From positions 1 to 64,000 of the IMG/VR virus record IMGVR_UViG_3300042881_004430: a stretch of 64,000 bases of DNA, one strand, 5' to 3'. Of this stretch, positions 9,561 through 19,134 are shown in pieces. Positions within the stretch are counted from its first letter, which is position 1; the number at the start of each line of letters is the position of its first letter. A program made the translations under genes and the position numbers. The DNA is from an uncultured virus (IMG/VR IMGVR_UViG_3300042881_004430). Its lineage: Duplodnaviria > Heunggongvirae > Uroviricota > Caudoviricetes. The notes under the pieces were generated by a model. The model did no database searches, was not told where the DNA came from, and was given only the letters and a program-made list of their open reading frames with translations.

Positions 9561-11468
9561 TTATTTAATATCGAATGCGATCTTGTCTTTGCCGTTATGA
9601 AGATAGTTTAGCATTTTTTGAGTACCTATGTGAGGCAAGAAAGCTATTTCAAAATACCCCTGATGGTCTCCATATCCTTCTAGCCACAGCAAGCTATCCA
9701 TTTGAGGAATATATTCTATAATTCTATGGACATAAGGATTACCTTCAATAATAGAGAAATAATCTTTCTTAGTTGCGAAGTATAGATTATGGTCAGGATA
9801 GGTTTCTTTTATTGACTCAAGAAGAGCGGTGCAAAGATAAATATCTCCAATGCTTTCTGGCATTACAAAAAGAATTCTCTTTCCTTTGTCATTAGGGTCT
9901 AGAATTTCTTCAAAATCAATTTTTCTATTTTTTTGATTCTCTTGTGCGGCTACTTGGCGGAAATAGTTTTCAACATTCTGGCGGCTTTCTCCTTCAGAAA
10001 GTTTTTTCATCCAATGCTTGTATCCATCATCATTCTGATTGACCTGCTTCATCTTCAGAATATTATGATACATGAAGATTAGCCATTCTCCATTATCGGT
10101 AATATTTGGGACGCTGGCATTAGGGTCTTTTTCTTCTTCCTTCAAGGAGAAGTCATAAGATGTGAAAGGAATAGAGTCGATATACTGTTCGAACATCTTT
10201 CCAATAACAGGAACAGAATAGTTTTCTATAGCCCATTTTCTAGCCTTTTGACCCATTTGTCTCTTTTCAGACTCTGGCATCTTGTAGACATGATACAACT
10301 GTTTTGCTATAGACTGAGGATAAGTAGAAGCTTTTCTAAACTGAGTGCCATGCTCTCTGTACTCTGACCATTCAAGAGCAATAGAAGCAGCATCAGGGTG
10401 ACACATATCTTCTCCGCAACTATAGTTAGTTACTAAAGTTACAAGCTCACAATACTTTGCCTCTTGAATTGGAATTTCTTGTCCACCGCTAGTAAACGGA
10501 TGACAATAAACATCCATCAAATTATAAACCTCGCACAACTGTTCTTCAGTTACACCAAATCCAGTATTTGTTGTAGAACAGCTTTTATCAGAATTACAAG
10601 ATGGGCACTTTAATTCTTGACCTTGGAAAGGCGTAATGAAGTAATTTTTACATTTATTGCAAACATAAGTTGTATAGATATCTTTTTTATCTATTTGATA
10701 TTCGTCTGCGAGCTTATGAATATCCCAGCCTTCGCCCCAATGAGTATGGAGTAATAGCTTTGCATTTTTTACATCGGGATGATTTTTAGTAAAGTCTCTA
10801 AAACCTTCTAGCAGGTTAGGTACAGACTTGCGAAGTTGATTTCTAAATACGAAACCAACAATAAAAGAATCACTAAGACCAAAACGTGCCTTAAGTTGCT
10901 TCTTTTTCTCGGCTCCCAAATAACTAAATTTAGAATGATTTACTGGACCATGCATGGTTCTGGCATTATTGATGCCAATTTTATGCATTTCTTTTGTAGC
11001 AAACTCACTCCAGATCCAGTATTGAGAAGACTTTTTTGCTTGATTTATTGCTTCATCATAGATCGGAAGAGAATCAAGGGTAACCCAAAGAAGAGAAGTG
11101 ATATTCTTATACCAGTGTTTATTATAGTATTGAGTGAAAGCCCAAGGATCTTGCGCTCCAATCCAAATATCAGGCTTCTCTTCCTTGATTACTTGATCAA
11201 TATAATAAGATCCATAGGATACATCTCTAGCGAGGGCGGGATCGGCATTGATCCTATTGATCTCATTGGGATCGGTAGGGACACTTCCAAGACTCTTCCA
11301 AGGAGTCTTGGATAAAGCGGGAGAACCCACTTGGGTTCCCCCGCAGTAATGGATAATATCATACTTACCAGTGTTATACAGGTAAGAGACTAGTTCCTTC
11401 GCTGCCCTACCGAATCCAGTTTTAGCGAGGCACCAATCCGTTTGAATTACTATCTTTTTCTTTCGCAT
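9561..11468 (-). CDS. GT4-like glycosyltransferase with inserted Zn ribbon and C-terminal GT9-like N-domain
   Basis: KTGFGR, GFVFRNQLRK, YNLMDVYCHPFTSGGQEIPIQEA (GT4); CNKC..CPSC; C-terminal ILFVMPESIGD..IKETYPD..GNPYV (GT9 N-domain). Confidence 0.75.
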   Translation of the reverse strand: MRKKKIVIQTDWCLAKTGFGRAAKELVSYLYNTGKYDIIHYCGGTQVGSPALSKTPWKSLGSVPTDPNEINRINADPALARDVSYGSYYIDQVIKEEKPDIWIGAQDPWAFTQYYNKHWYKNITSLLWVTLDSLPIYDEAINQAKKSSQYWIWSEFATKEMHKIGINNARTMHGPVNHSKFSYLGAEKKKQLKARFGLSDSFIVGFVFRNQLRKSVPNLLEGFRDFTKNHPDVKNAKLLLHTHWGEGWDIHKLADEYQIDKKDIYTTYVCNKCKNYFITPFQGQELKCPSCNSDKSCSTTNTGFGVTEEQLCEVYNLMDVYCHPFTSGGQEIPIQEAKYCELVTLVTNYSCGEDMCHPDAASIALEWSEYREHGTQFRKASTYPQSIAKQLYHVYKMPESEKRQMGQKARKWAIENYSVPVIGKMFEQYIDSIPFTSYDFSLKEEEKDPNASVPNITDNGEWLIFMYHNILKMKQVNQNDDGYKHWMKKLSEGESRQNVENYFRQVAAQENQKNRKIDFEEILDPNDKGKRILFVMPESIGDIYLCTALLESIKETYPDHNLYFATKKDYFSIIEGNPYVHRIIEYIPQMDSLLWLEGYGDHQGYFEIAFLPHIGTQKMLNYLHNGKDKIAFDIK

Positions 11469-12052
11469 TAGAATACGAGTTCTTCTGCTTGAGCCTCTGC
11501 TTCAGTTTGGGCAGCAGTTTGATTTAGTTGAATTTTATTATAAGCTGGCTTCTTTGGGGCTTCCTCTTCTTGAGCCTCCTTTGGGGCTGAAGCGGCTTTG
11601 TCTTGAGCATAGAAAGAGTTTCTGATAAACTCTTGCAAGAACTCTTTGACGAGAATTGCTTCTGCAAAAGTGAAGCCAATCAAAAAGCTAACCTTATTAA
11701 CTGAATCTCCCTTTTGCTCCTTTGAGGCATTGAAAGAAAATCCAATCTGATTATTGTCTCTGAGATACGGGCAGAATTTGCCCATTGCATTTGAGTTAGG
11801 AGCGGTATGATAGAACTTGTACTCAGCATTTCTGTTGATTGCATCTACGATACCTGCTGCTTCGACTGCATTAAACTTTAATACAGTAGTCTTCTCTGGG
11901 TTCTTTGCGTTCTCACGAAAAGACCCAAGCTTCTTGGCTTCGTTCCAAGAGTGCTGCTTGATAAAATTAACAAACAAAGAGGTATCCTTCGTTTGAAAAG
12001 AGCAAGCGGTTCCAGTTACTTTTGCATTTCCCTTATAAAATTGTAGGTTCAT
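11468..12052 (-). CDS. putative single-stranded DNA-binding protein
   Basis: Next to dnaE; low-complexity linker and acidic-hydrophobic tail (EAQAEELVF) as in SSBs. Confidence 0.4.
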   Translation of the reverse strand: MNLQFYKGNAKVTGTACSFQTKDTSLFVNFIKQHSWNEAKKLGSFRENAKNPEKTTVLKFNAVEAAGIVDAINRNAEYKFYHTAPNSNAMGKFCPYLRDNNQIGFSFNASKEQKGDSVNKVSFLIGFTFAEAILVKEFLQEFIRNSFYAQDKAASAPKEAQEEEAPKKPAYNKIQLNQTAAQTEAEAQAEELVF

Positions 12053-12086
12053 TCAGACATTATTTTGCCTGAAAAAACGTGATTTA

Positions 12087-13277
12087 TCAATTATTTTTTT
12101 CGGCTTTTAATTGGGAAAGCTTAGTGTAAACTGTATGAGTTTGAATGGCGACAAGTCTTGCAAATACAGAGTCTCCAAACTTCTGTCCAGTAACGATAAC
12201 GATATCTTCTTCTTTTGGCATTCTATTATTCAGATTCTGCATATCATCGATCTTGTCAGAGAAGATCATGACGTTGACTGATGCAGTTTCATCTGAGATT
12301 TGCATCTTGAAGTATCTAGTCTTCTTCTCTCTTGAAACTCCTGACTTACACTCTTGAATAACTCCAATAAATGAGACTTCATCTTTCTCGGCAAAGTCCG
12401 CGATGTCTTTAATGTAAACTAGATCATCTTTCTTTGAAATAAAAACTTCTCTCAGTTTATTTCTGACGCTATATCCAATAATAGAATTCTCATAAAACCA
12501 ATTAGCAAAACTCTCTGACTTGCTATTGATTTCATAGATCTTTTTATAGGGATCTGCTTTGGTTCGCAGGGTCTGAAGTCTTGATTCTTTAATATAAGGT
12601 TTGCCTTGAACATCCTTATTGTCCTTCATGTGCATAAGGATTTTAACTAAGTCATAATCAAAAGTCTCACCAAATAGCTTTGCATTAATCTTCTCCTTAT
12701 TAGTTAAGACGTTCCAAAGCTGGGCTTCATATACTATTTTACTTCTAGACTGCTTGAAGTCACCATCCAAAGCACCAGCTTGAATCAAGGCGCAAAGGAC
12801 TCCAATATTCAGATTGGCTTGAGATGCAGTCTCAAAGATGTCGAACTTGTTTTGAAATTCTTTTCTGAACTCATTAACAGCTTTGACAGTCTTCTCGCTG
12901 ATTCCTTTAACAGACAGAAGTCCAAAACGAATATTCTCGCCTTCAATACAGAACTCTTCTTTTGATTTTAATAGATGAGGGGGAAGAAGTTTAATATTGA
13001 AATACACAAGTTCCTTTTCAATTTTAGAAATTTCTCCAATTGGATCTGGTTCGTGCTTACTCATCTTGAGGAGAGACAAGAAGAACTGCTGGGGGTATTT
13101 GAATTTTAGATAGATTGAGATTCCTGCTAGTGCTGAATATGCTACTGAATGAGAATTAGATGTTAAAATTTTATTTGCATAAAAATTATGATCTTCATGA
13201 TTAACTTCAAGATCTATAGTCTTTTTCACGCCAATGGGGCGTATAGACCTTACTTTAGAAAAAATAATATTATTCAT
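12087..13277 (-). CDS. dnaE: DNA polymerase III alpha, C-terminal part, preceded by 41-aa split-intein C half (IntC)
   Basis: IDLEVNHEDHNFYANKILTSN|SHSVAYS..YLKFKYP; IRFGLLSVKGI HhH; C-terminal OB fold. Confidence 0.92.
   Translation of the reverse strand: MNNIIFSKVRSIRPIGVKKTIDLEVNHEDHNFYANKILTSNSHSVAYSALAGISIYLKFKYPQQFFLSLLKMSKHEPDPIGEISKIEKELVYFNIKLLPPHLLKSKEEFCIEGENIRFGLLSVKGISEKTVKAVNEFRKEFQNKFDIFETASQANLNIGVLCALIQAGALDGDFKQSRSKIVYEAQLWNVLTNKEKINAKLFGETFDYDLVKILMHMKDNKDVQGKPYIKESRLQTLRTKADPYKKIYEINSKSESFANWFYENSIIGYSVRNKLREVFISKKDDLVYIKDIADFAEKDEVSFIGVIQECKSGVSREKKTRYFKMQISDETASVNVMIFSDKIDDMQNLNNRMPKEEDIVIVTGQKFGDSVFARLVAIQTHTVYTKLSQLKAEKNN
13155..13277 (-). mobile_element. split intein C-terminal half (IntC, 41 aa)
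   Basis: Block F (IDLEV..HNFYAN) and block G ending S-N, followed by Ser+1. Confidence 0.9.
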
Positions 13278-13290
13278 TTAATAAGTTTGC

Positions 13291-14148
13291 GTGTATATAT
13301 ACTATGTGGATAAATTCAATTTATTAAATTTAATATCAGATCATTCTAAAATAGAGATGACAAATGGGCAGTCTCTTTTGCTTATCAATTTTAAATTTAA
13401 TTCTATCGATGAATGCAGAAAAGCTTTTAAAAATATTTCTTGTATTTATGTGTGGCATAACTTAAAAACGGGGAGAATTTATATAGGAAGTGCGGTTAAT
13501 TTGTGGAGACGCTTTTTGTCTTACAAGCAATCTTTTTTGTTCGACAAAGAGGAAAACAATATTGGTCTCAAGAGAGCTTGTAAAAAATATGGAGTAGAGA
13601 ATCTTAAGATTGGAATTTTAGAAATTATAAATAAAGATAAAAAACTTTTGAAGCAAAGAGAACAGTTTTATTTAGATACGATAAAGCCGTTTAAAAATAT
13701 AGGGTACAATATTTCCAGATCAGCAGATAGACCTTTAAATTGCACTCTCTCAAGAAGAGGCAGGAAAAAGATAAAAGAAAGGCATACTGGAGAGAACAGC
13801 GAGATGTCCAAATTAAAAAATGAAGACATCCTAAATATAAAACACTCATTGTTTGAAGGCATAGGTATTAAAATTCTAGCATTTAAATATAAAGTTTCTA
13901 CAACGGTTATTAGTAATATAGCAAGAGGAAAAACTTGGTCTCATATAAGAGCTTCAGATACTGTCGAAAGTTTTTTAAAAGAAAGAGCTTCTTCACTTAA
14001 GCATAAGCTAGGGCCATTGATTCCAGAAATAGTAGAATTATTAAAGCAAGGTCATCGAATGATTGATATTTCAAAAAAATATAACATTAAATATCCAACT
14101 TTAAATAATATAAAAATTAGATATATTACTCGACAGAGTTGCCAATAG
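13291..14148 (+). CDS. free-standing GIY-YIG homing endonuclease (antisense, between the dnaE halves)
   Basis: CIYVWHNLKTGRIYIGSAVNLWRR..REQFYLD..GYNI; C-terminal HTH-like repeats; the true start may be GTG at 13306. Confidence 0.88.
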   Translation: MYIYYVDKFNLLNLISDHSKIEMTNGQSLLLINFKFNSIDECRKAFKNISCIYVWHNLKTGRIYIGSAVNLWRRFLSYKQSFLFDKEENNIGLKRACKKYGVENLKIGILEIINKDKKLLKQREQFYLDTIKPFKNIGYNISRSADRPLNCTLSRRGRKKIKERHTGENSEMSKLKNEDILNIKHSLFEGIGIKILAFKYKVSTTVISNIARGKTWSHIRASDTVESFLKERASSLKHKLGPLIPEIVELLKQGHRMIDISKKYNIKYPTLNNIKIRYITRQSCQ

Positions 14149-15904
14149 AATAATTATTTTCTATAATTTTTTGTAGAGTTTGCATCCCTGCCTCTTTTGT
14201 AAAAAATTTATGCTCTAAACTTGTAATGATTTTTTTACCAGATTCAAGCTCTACTTCAAAGACCTCTTTTTCGTTTCTCATCACATCTAAAACTTCAACA
14301 AAATGATCTTTTTGGTTTTGCGTGTCGTAAGCTTTTATCCTGTCTCCAATATTTACTTCTTTAAGCATTATACATCCTTTTTCGGTTTCGACAAGCTCTT
14401 CTTCAAAGATGCATTTATTAAATTGATAATTGGCTGAATCGTTTGCAATTCTCCATAATACTTCACCAATCTTAGGGTCAAGTTTCTGCTGGGAAATCTT
14501 GTCTTTAATCTTCTGCTCCCATTCTTTCATCTCTTCGACCTTCTTTTTGCCTACGCAGCGTCGAACGATTTCTGCTTCGTCAAGAGAAAAGCCAACTTTG
14601 CTCACCATCTTCATCAACTGTTCTTGATACAAGCAAACGCCTCCAGTTACACCTAAGATGTCATCAAAGAAAGGATGGATGCTTTCATAATGATCATTGT
14701 TAGTATAGTTGGCATACTTATCAATGAACTGAAGTGCGCCGGGACGAGCAAGAGCCAATACGCCGCTTAGTTGCTCAAGATTTTTTGGCTTTACCTTTTG
14801 GCAGACTTTAAAGTTCGTTTCTGCCTCAATTTGGAATAACCCATGAGGAAGTTTGAAATCTTGCAGTTGCTGATATATGAAAACATCATTTACATCAATG
14901 TCCTCATATCTAATGCCAAGAGATTTGCAAACGTCATCAACAACCGAAACGCCTCTTAAACCTAGCAAATCAAGTTTGATATTGTATGCTGTAACATTAT
15001 TCATGTCATAGCTGGATACAATCTGCTTATCAGAAGAAAGCTCTACAGGACAAGACTCTTCAAGAGGAGAGTGAGCCAGCAAAAGACCAGAAGGATGAAC
15101 ACCTTTGTTCTTGTTAAGATTTTGAAGTTTCAGGGCGATTTTGTAAACCTCTTCATTATCTCCTGCCCACTCAGCAAACTTTTCGCTTTCCGTAATCGCA
15201 TCCTCAAGACTCTTAACTTGTCCGAATAGTTTTGGAATATAAGACGAGACATCATTCATCTCGCTTTCCTGCTTTTCCGCCACTACTTTTCCTGATTCCT
15301 TAATGCAGAGTTTTGAACTTAAAGTATTAAGAGTTAAGATTTTAGAAGTCTTGCCCTTGAACTTTTCTTCAAGATAAGTAATAACTTTATGGCGATTATA
15401 ATAACAGATATCTAGGTCAACGTCAGGGAATAGGGAGCCATCGAAATATGTAACTCCTTCTATCACAGTTTTCTTTGCTCTAGCTTTAGAGATGAAACGC
15501 TCAAAGAACAGTTCGTACTTAATGGGGTCAATTTTGGTTACGTCAATGAGAAATAATAGAAGTGAACCAGCGCAAGATCCTCTTCCCGGTCCAGTGGGAA
15601 TGTTATTCTCTCTGCAATAGTTAATTACATCCCAAATAAGGATAATGTAATCAATGAACTCTAGCTCTTGCAGAATTTGCAATTCATAATTAACGCGATC
15701 AACATACCTCTTATAAAGCTCGCTGCCTTTTTCAAGATTAAGCTTATAAAACCCTTCTCTAGCTAGACTCCTTAAGAAGTCATAATTAGAAGTAGCGGCG
15801 ACTAGATTAAGCCTAGCCTTATGCCTTTGATCAATTTCAAAGACAGGCATTCTAAGACCGTGCAAGCCAAGGTCGTATTTTTGAAAGTCTTTAGTAAAAT
15901 TCAT
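14126..15904 (-). CDS. dnaE: DNA polymerase III alpha catalytic core followed by 95-aa split-intein N half (IntN)
   Basis: GPGRGSCAGSL, FERF, FPDVDLD, GVHPSG, KLDLLGL, LYQEQLM; ends YQFNK|CIFEEELV..ITSLEHKF. Confidence 0.93.
   Translation of the reverse strand: MNFTKDFQKYDLGLHGLRMPVFEIDQRHKARLNLVAATSNYDFLRSLAREGFYKLNLEKGSELYKRYVDRVNYELQILQELEFIDYIILIWDVINYCRENNIPTGPGRGSCAGSLLLFLIDVTKIDPIKYELFFERFISKARAKKTVIEGVTYFDGSLFPDVDLDICYYNRHKVITYLEEKFKGKTSKILTLNTLSSKLCIKESGKVVAEKQESEMNDVSSYIPKLFGQVKSLEDAITESEKFAEWAGDNEEVYKIALKLQNLNKNKGVHPSGLLLAHSPLEESCPVELSSDKQIVSSYDMNNVTAYNIKLDLLGLRGVSVVDDVCKSLGIRYEDIDVNDVFIYQQLQDFKLPHGLFQIEAETNFKVCQKVKPKNLEQLSGVLALARPGALQFIDKYANYTNNDHYESIHPFFDDILGVTGGVCLYQEQLMKMVSKVGFSLDEAEIVRRCVGKKKVEEMKEWEQKIKDKISQQKLDPKIGEVLWRIANDSANYQFNKCIFEEELVETEKGCIMLKEVNIGDRIKAYDTQNQKDHFVEVLDVMRNEKEVFEVELESGKKIITSLEHKFFTKEAGMQTLQKIIENNYSIGNSVE
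14129..14413 (-). mobile_element. split intein N-terminal half (IntN, 95 aa)
   Basis: Cys1 block A (CIFEEELV) and block B (IITSLEHKFF). Confidence 0.9.
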
Positions 15905-16539
15905 ATTGCGATCTGGAATTTGAGCTTGTTCCATACTTTGATGTTTAAATGTAAGTCGTTAAGTGCGTCGTGCAAGGTTTCGTAATCGTGATCAATATCG
16001 TATTCTTTTCCAAGTGCAGTTAAATTAGTTTTTACTCCTTTACGTCTTTCGTTCAATATTCTATACTGATATTCAATTAAGCTGATATCCTTAGAATAAG
16101 GGATCTCGTATTTGATGCCTTTGGCTAGGCAATTTGTGTCGATAACCTTATTAACTAAATGCTTCCATTCTTTTCCATATGTTTCGTAATAGTCCTTGAT
16201 TAAATAAATATCAAAATTAAGGACATTATGCCCAACAATATAATCGCACTTCTCTAGCCACTGATCAATCGTCTTGATTGCTTCACTTGAATGTACTGCA
16301 ATTTTATTATATTTATACTGATCAAAACGGGTAATTACTGCCGCCTCTTTGCTGACATTAATAGGCTTATCCCATTTGATGTAGATATCAGAAGTTTCTA
16401 AAATTTCATTTCCCTTGACTCTAATCATGCCGCACTGCCAAGGGCGATTATTAATAAAACTTAGGCAGAGATTCTCTGTTTCTAAGTCTATAAAAGTATA
16501 AACTTTATCCTTATCGTAACGAAGTAGATCTTCCATCAT
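15901..16539 (-). CDS. DEDDh 3'-5' exonuclease (DnaQ-like proofreading subunit)
   Basis: FIDLETE, VGHNVLNFD, LHDALND motifs. Confidence 0.88.
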   Translation of the reverse strand: MMEDLLRYDKDKVYTFIDLETENLCLSFINNRPWQCGMIRVKGNEILETSDIYIKWDKPINVSKEAAVITRFDQYKYNKIAVHSSEAIKTIDQWLEKCDYIVGHNVLNFDIYLIKDYYETYGKEWKHLVNKVIDTNCLAKGIKYEIPYSKDISLIEYQYRILNERRKGVKTNLTALGKEYDIDHDYETLHDALNDLHLNIKVWNKLKFQIAI

Positions 16540-17288
16540 ACAGCATTTGCCTCCTTCCAGCTTTCAAAGCTAAATTCTGCGCTACACATATGTTCTAAGT
16601 TTGGCTTATTAAGAGTTGTTCTATTATTGATGCATCTAAACGTCAGATACGATTTAAAATCTTCTCTTGTGTTATAGTAAATACTTTTTGCAGGAACCAT
16701 CTCGTACTCATCTTTGCAGAAGTTAATTACTTTCTGTTTTACAATGTGATCAAATGGAAGACCGTTATCTTCTACCAGAAACGTAGGTTTAGTGAACTTT
16801 AATTCTGGGCAGCACAAGGAATAAGACATTGTGTTATTAAACAAGAATGAATCATAGAATGGCACACACAACTTCAGGCTAGACTCATCCCACTCTTGAG
16901 TCAAGGTCTTTTCGTCTATTCTTGGGGCGTAATAAAAACCATTTGTGGCGGCAATACTAAATATCTTAATTAGTTTCTTGTAGCCACTCCCATTTTTTGC
17001 AAAGACTATAATTTTACTAGATTTTTTAAGAGACTCTTCTGTCTTGTCGTTGATATCAGGACAAAGTTCAAGTCTCAAACCATAATAGAATGGAATCTTA
17101 AAGTTCTTAAAAGCATCAAGAAAAGAACTCATATTCTCTTCTACTAAGAATATTTGCTCTAGTTTATTATCTTTAGCTATGTCTACGATTGAAGAAGATC
17201 CTTCTTTGGATGAAGTCCCTGCTTTGTCTAGAGTTAAGATTGACTTACCTATGCTGTAATGGCTTTTAAAAAGCGGTAGTATTTTCAT
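16536..17288 (-). CDS. stand-alone PHP domain of DNA polymerase III alpha
   Basis: KSHYSIGKSIL, FAKNGSGYKKLIKI..GFYYAPRID match the DnaE N-terminal PHP region. Confidence 0.8.
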   Translation of the reverse strand: MKILPLFKSHYSIGKSILTLDKAGTSSKEGSSSIVDIAKDNKLEQIFLVEENMSSFLDAFKNFKIPFYYGLRLELCPDINDKTEESLKKSSKIIVFAKNGSGYKKLIKIFSIAATNGFYYAPRIDEKTLTQEWDESSLKLCVPFYDSFLFNNTMSYSLCCPELKFTKPTFLVEDNGLPFDHIVKQKVINFCKDEYEMVPAKSIYYNTREDFKSYLTFRCINNRTTLNKPNLEHMCSAEFSFESWKEANAV

Positions 17289-17297
17289 GATTAAGAG

Positions 17298-18224
17298 TTA
17301 TTTCCATCTGGGGCAACCTTCATATTTAAACTTTTTGATGACTTGAGTGTCATCTTTCTTTGCGGCTTTAGCTTCTTCTGCGGTAAAGTAGCTCTTTACA
17401 AAATTATCATCCTTATCGTAAATAGAATAAAACCACATCTCATTCTTAAATGGGCAAACCCAAGTAGCTCCTGCTTGGCAAAGCCATTTGCTCTTTATGT
17501 CATCTGCGGCGAAATTTTGCTTTGCATCTTGCTCAGTGAAATTAGTTACTTTTTCGTAAACATACTTAAGATAAGTTTCAAATCCAGACAATTCATCATC
17601 AGAGAATTTTACCGGCTGAACTGGTTCTTTAGGAAACCTGAGAAATACGAATTCTACTTCTGGGTCATAGTCAGGCCAATAGATCTTAGAAGCAATAGAG
17701 TATAGCATGGCCTGTACATTGGCTGTCAACTCTTCTCCCTTGAATTTCGCTTTGCTAGACTTGTAATCTCTAATTTTACTCTTCTTTTCTTTCTTATAAA
17801 TAATGGGAAGATCAATGAACCCTCTAGCCTTGTAGTCGTCTCTTTCAATTTTAAATTCGAACTCTGGTTCTTGAATGTCGCCGCCTTTAGGGAAGAAGTC
17901 GCTCTTAAGACCAACAAGAATCATTTTATTAATTAATGCTATATCTTCAGGAGTGTTGATTCCCTCTCTTGTGGCGTGTTTTATTACTAACTTGCCTACT
18001 GGAACGCAGGAAAGCGGATCGCCAGAGGCAATAATTTCATTGTAAATCTTCTTGTGACGAGGATTAAGAAGCAATTCAAATACTAAGTGGCAAATTGTGC
18101 CGCGCTTTGCTCCTGAATTAGACTTCTCAGGAATATTTAAATGGTACTTGCAATAGTAAGACCATGAACAAGTCTCAAGAGCTTTAATGCGCGAGGCAGA
18201 TAGGTAGACTTCTTTTTTATCCAT
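17298..18224 (-). CDS. PD-(D/E)XK nuclease (AddB/RecB/Cas4-like)
   Basis: LSASRIK..C; GTICHLVFE; RGFID..IRDYKSS; QAMLY; C-terminal Cys residues. Confidence 0.85.
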   Translation of the reverse strand: MDKKEVYLSASRIKALETCSWSYYCKYHLNIPEKSNSGAKRGTICHLVFELLLNPRHKKIYNEIIASGDPLSCVPVGKLVIKHATREGINTPEDIALINKMILVGLKSDFFPKGGDIQEPEFEFKIERDDYKARGFIDLPIIYKKEKKSKIRDYKSSKAKFKGEELTANVQAMLYSIASKIYWPDYDPEVEFVFLRFPKEPVQPVKFSDDELSGFETYLKYVYEKVTNFTEQDAKQNFAADDIKSKWLCQAGATWVCPFKNEMWFYSIYDKDDNFVKSYFTAEEAKAAKKDDTQVIKKFKYEGCPRWK

Positions 18225-19134
18225 TGAATTCCTTCATATATAAGTCTATCTCATTTTTGCTCATTAATCCAAAATCTTTTTTGGAAGGCAACTTTATCTT
18301 AACTTGATTTTCGTCGAAGAACATCAAGAGCTTAGACTTTGCTTTTTTCGCCGCTTCATTACCAGCAGAATTATTAAAAGAATCATTATTAAAAGCAATA
18401 ACCACTTCTTGGACAGAGTTCTCTAATAGAAATTTTGTGATCTTGGGAGAGATTGCCAATCCAAAAGTAATAATTACATTCTTGTAGCCAGCTTGCCACA
18501 AAGCCAGCATATCTCCAATGCTTTCAATCAAGAAAACTCTGCCGCTTTCAGATATAGCATTTTTACTAAAGAAGGCTGGATAGACCCATTCCTTCTTGGT
18601 TCCAAGGTGTTTCCATTTAATGAAATCAGGTCTTTTTGAATCAACCAGTGACCTGCCACTAAATCCTACAATTTTTCCAGATGGATTATAAATAGGAAAC
18701 ACATAACGATTAATCATGTTTCCTTTTTTAGCTATTCCACCTTTAAACTCTGCTACGATCTCTTCTTTGACTCCTCTATTAAGCCAGTATCCATGATTTT
18801 TTTCAAGGCTGACGAGCATCGATTCATCGTAAATCTTTACTTGATTGATGGTATTTTTTTCTTGATTTACGACAATTCCCGTGAAGTTAAACTTCTCGGC
18901 GAGCATCTTATCCGCATAATCTAGATCGTTTAGATTAAGTGTGATTTGAACTAATTCGCTTAACTTACCCCCTCGGCAAAGTTTATAATCATACCAATAA
19001 CCAGTATTTTTATTGATTGCTAGAACTGTATCATTATCTGAACTCCTGTAGATTGGTCTAGTTCTGTACCAACCGCCGAAGTCTTTAAGATTTTGATAAC
19101 CGATGTTTTGAAGTATTTCTTTTATATCGCTCAT
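18217..19134 (-). CDS. dnaG: DNA primase (TOPRIM)
   Basis: RYVFPIYN..GKIVGFSGR; LIESIGD; IAFNND; KDFG. Confidence 0.85.
   Translation of the reverse strand: MSDIKEILQNIGYQNLKDFGGWYRTRPIYRSSDNDTVLAINKNTGYWYDYKLCRGGKLSELVQITLNLNDLDYADKMLAEKFNFTGIVVNQEKNTINQVKIYDESMLVSLEKNHGYWLNRGVKEEIVAEFKGGIAKKGNMINRYVFPIYNPSGKIVGFSGRSLVDSKRPDFIKWKHLGTKKEWVYPAFFSKNAISESGRVFLIESIGDMLALWQAGYKNVIITFGLAISPKITKFLLENSVQEVVIAFNNDSFNNSAGNEAAKKAKSKLLMFFDENQVKIKLPSKKDFGLMSKNEIDLYMKEFNG

Noticed and set aside
17298..18224. Cas4 / CRISPR system
   Set aside because: No repeat-spacer array or other cas genes seen; the context is replication and recombination
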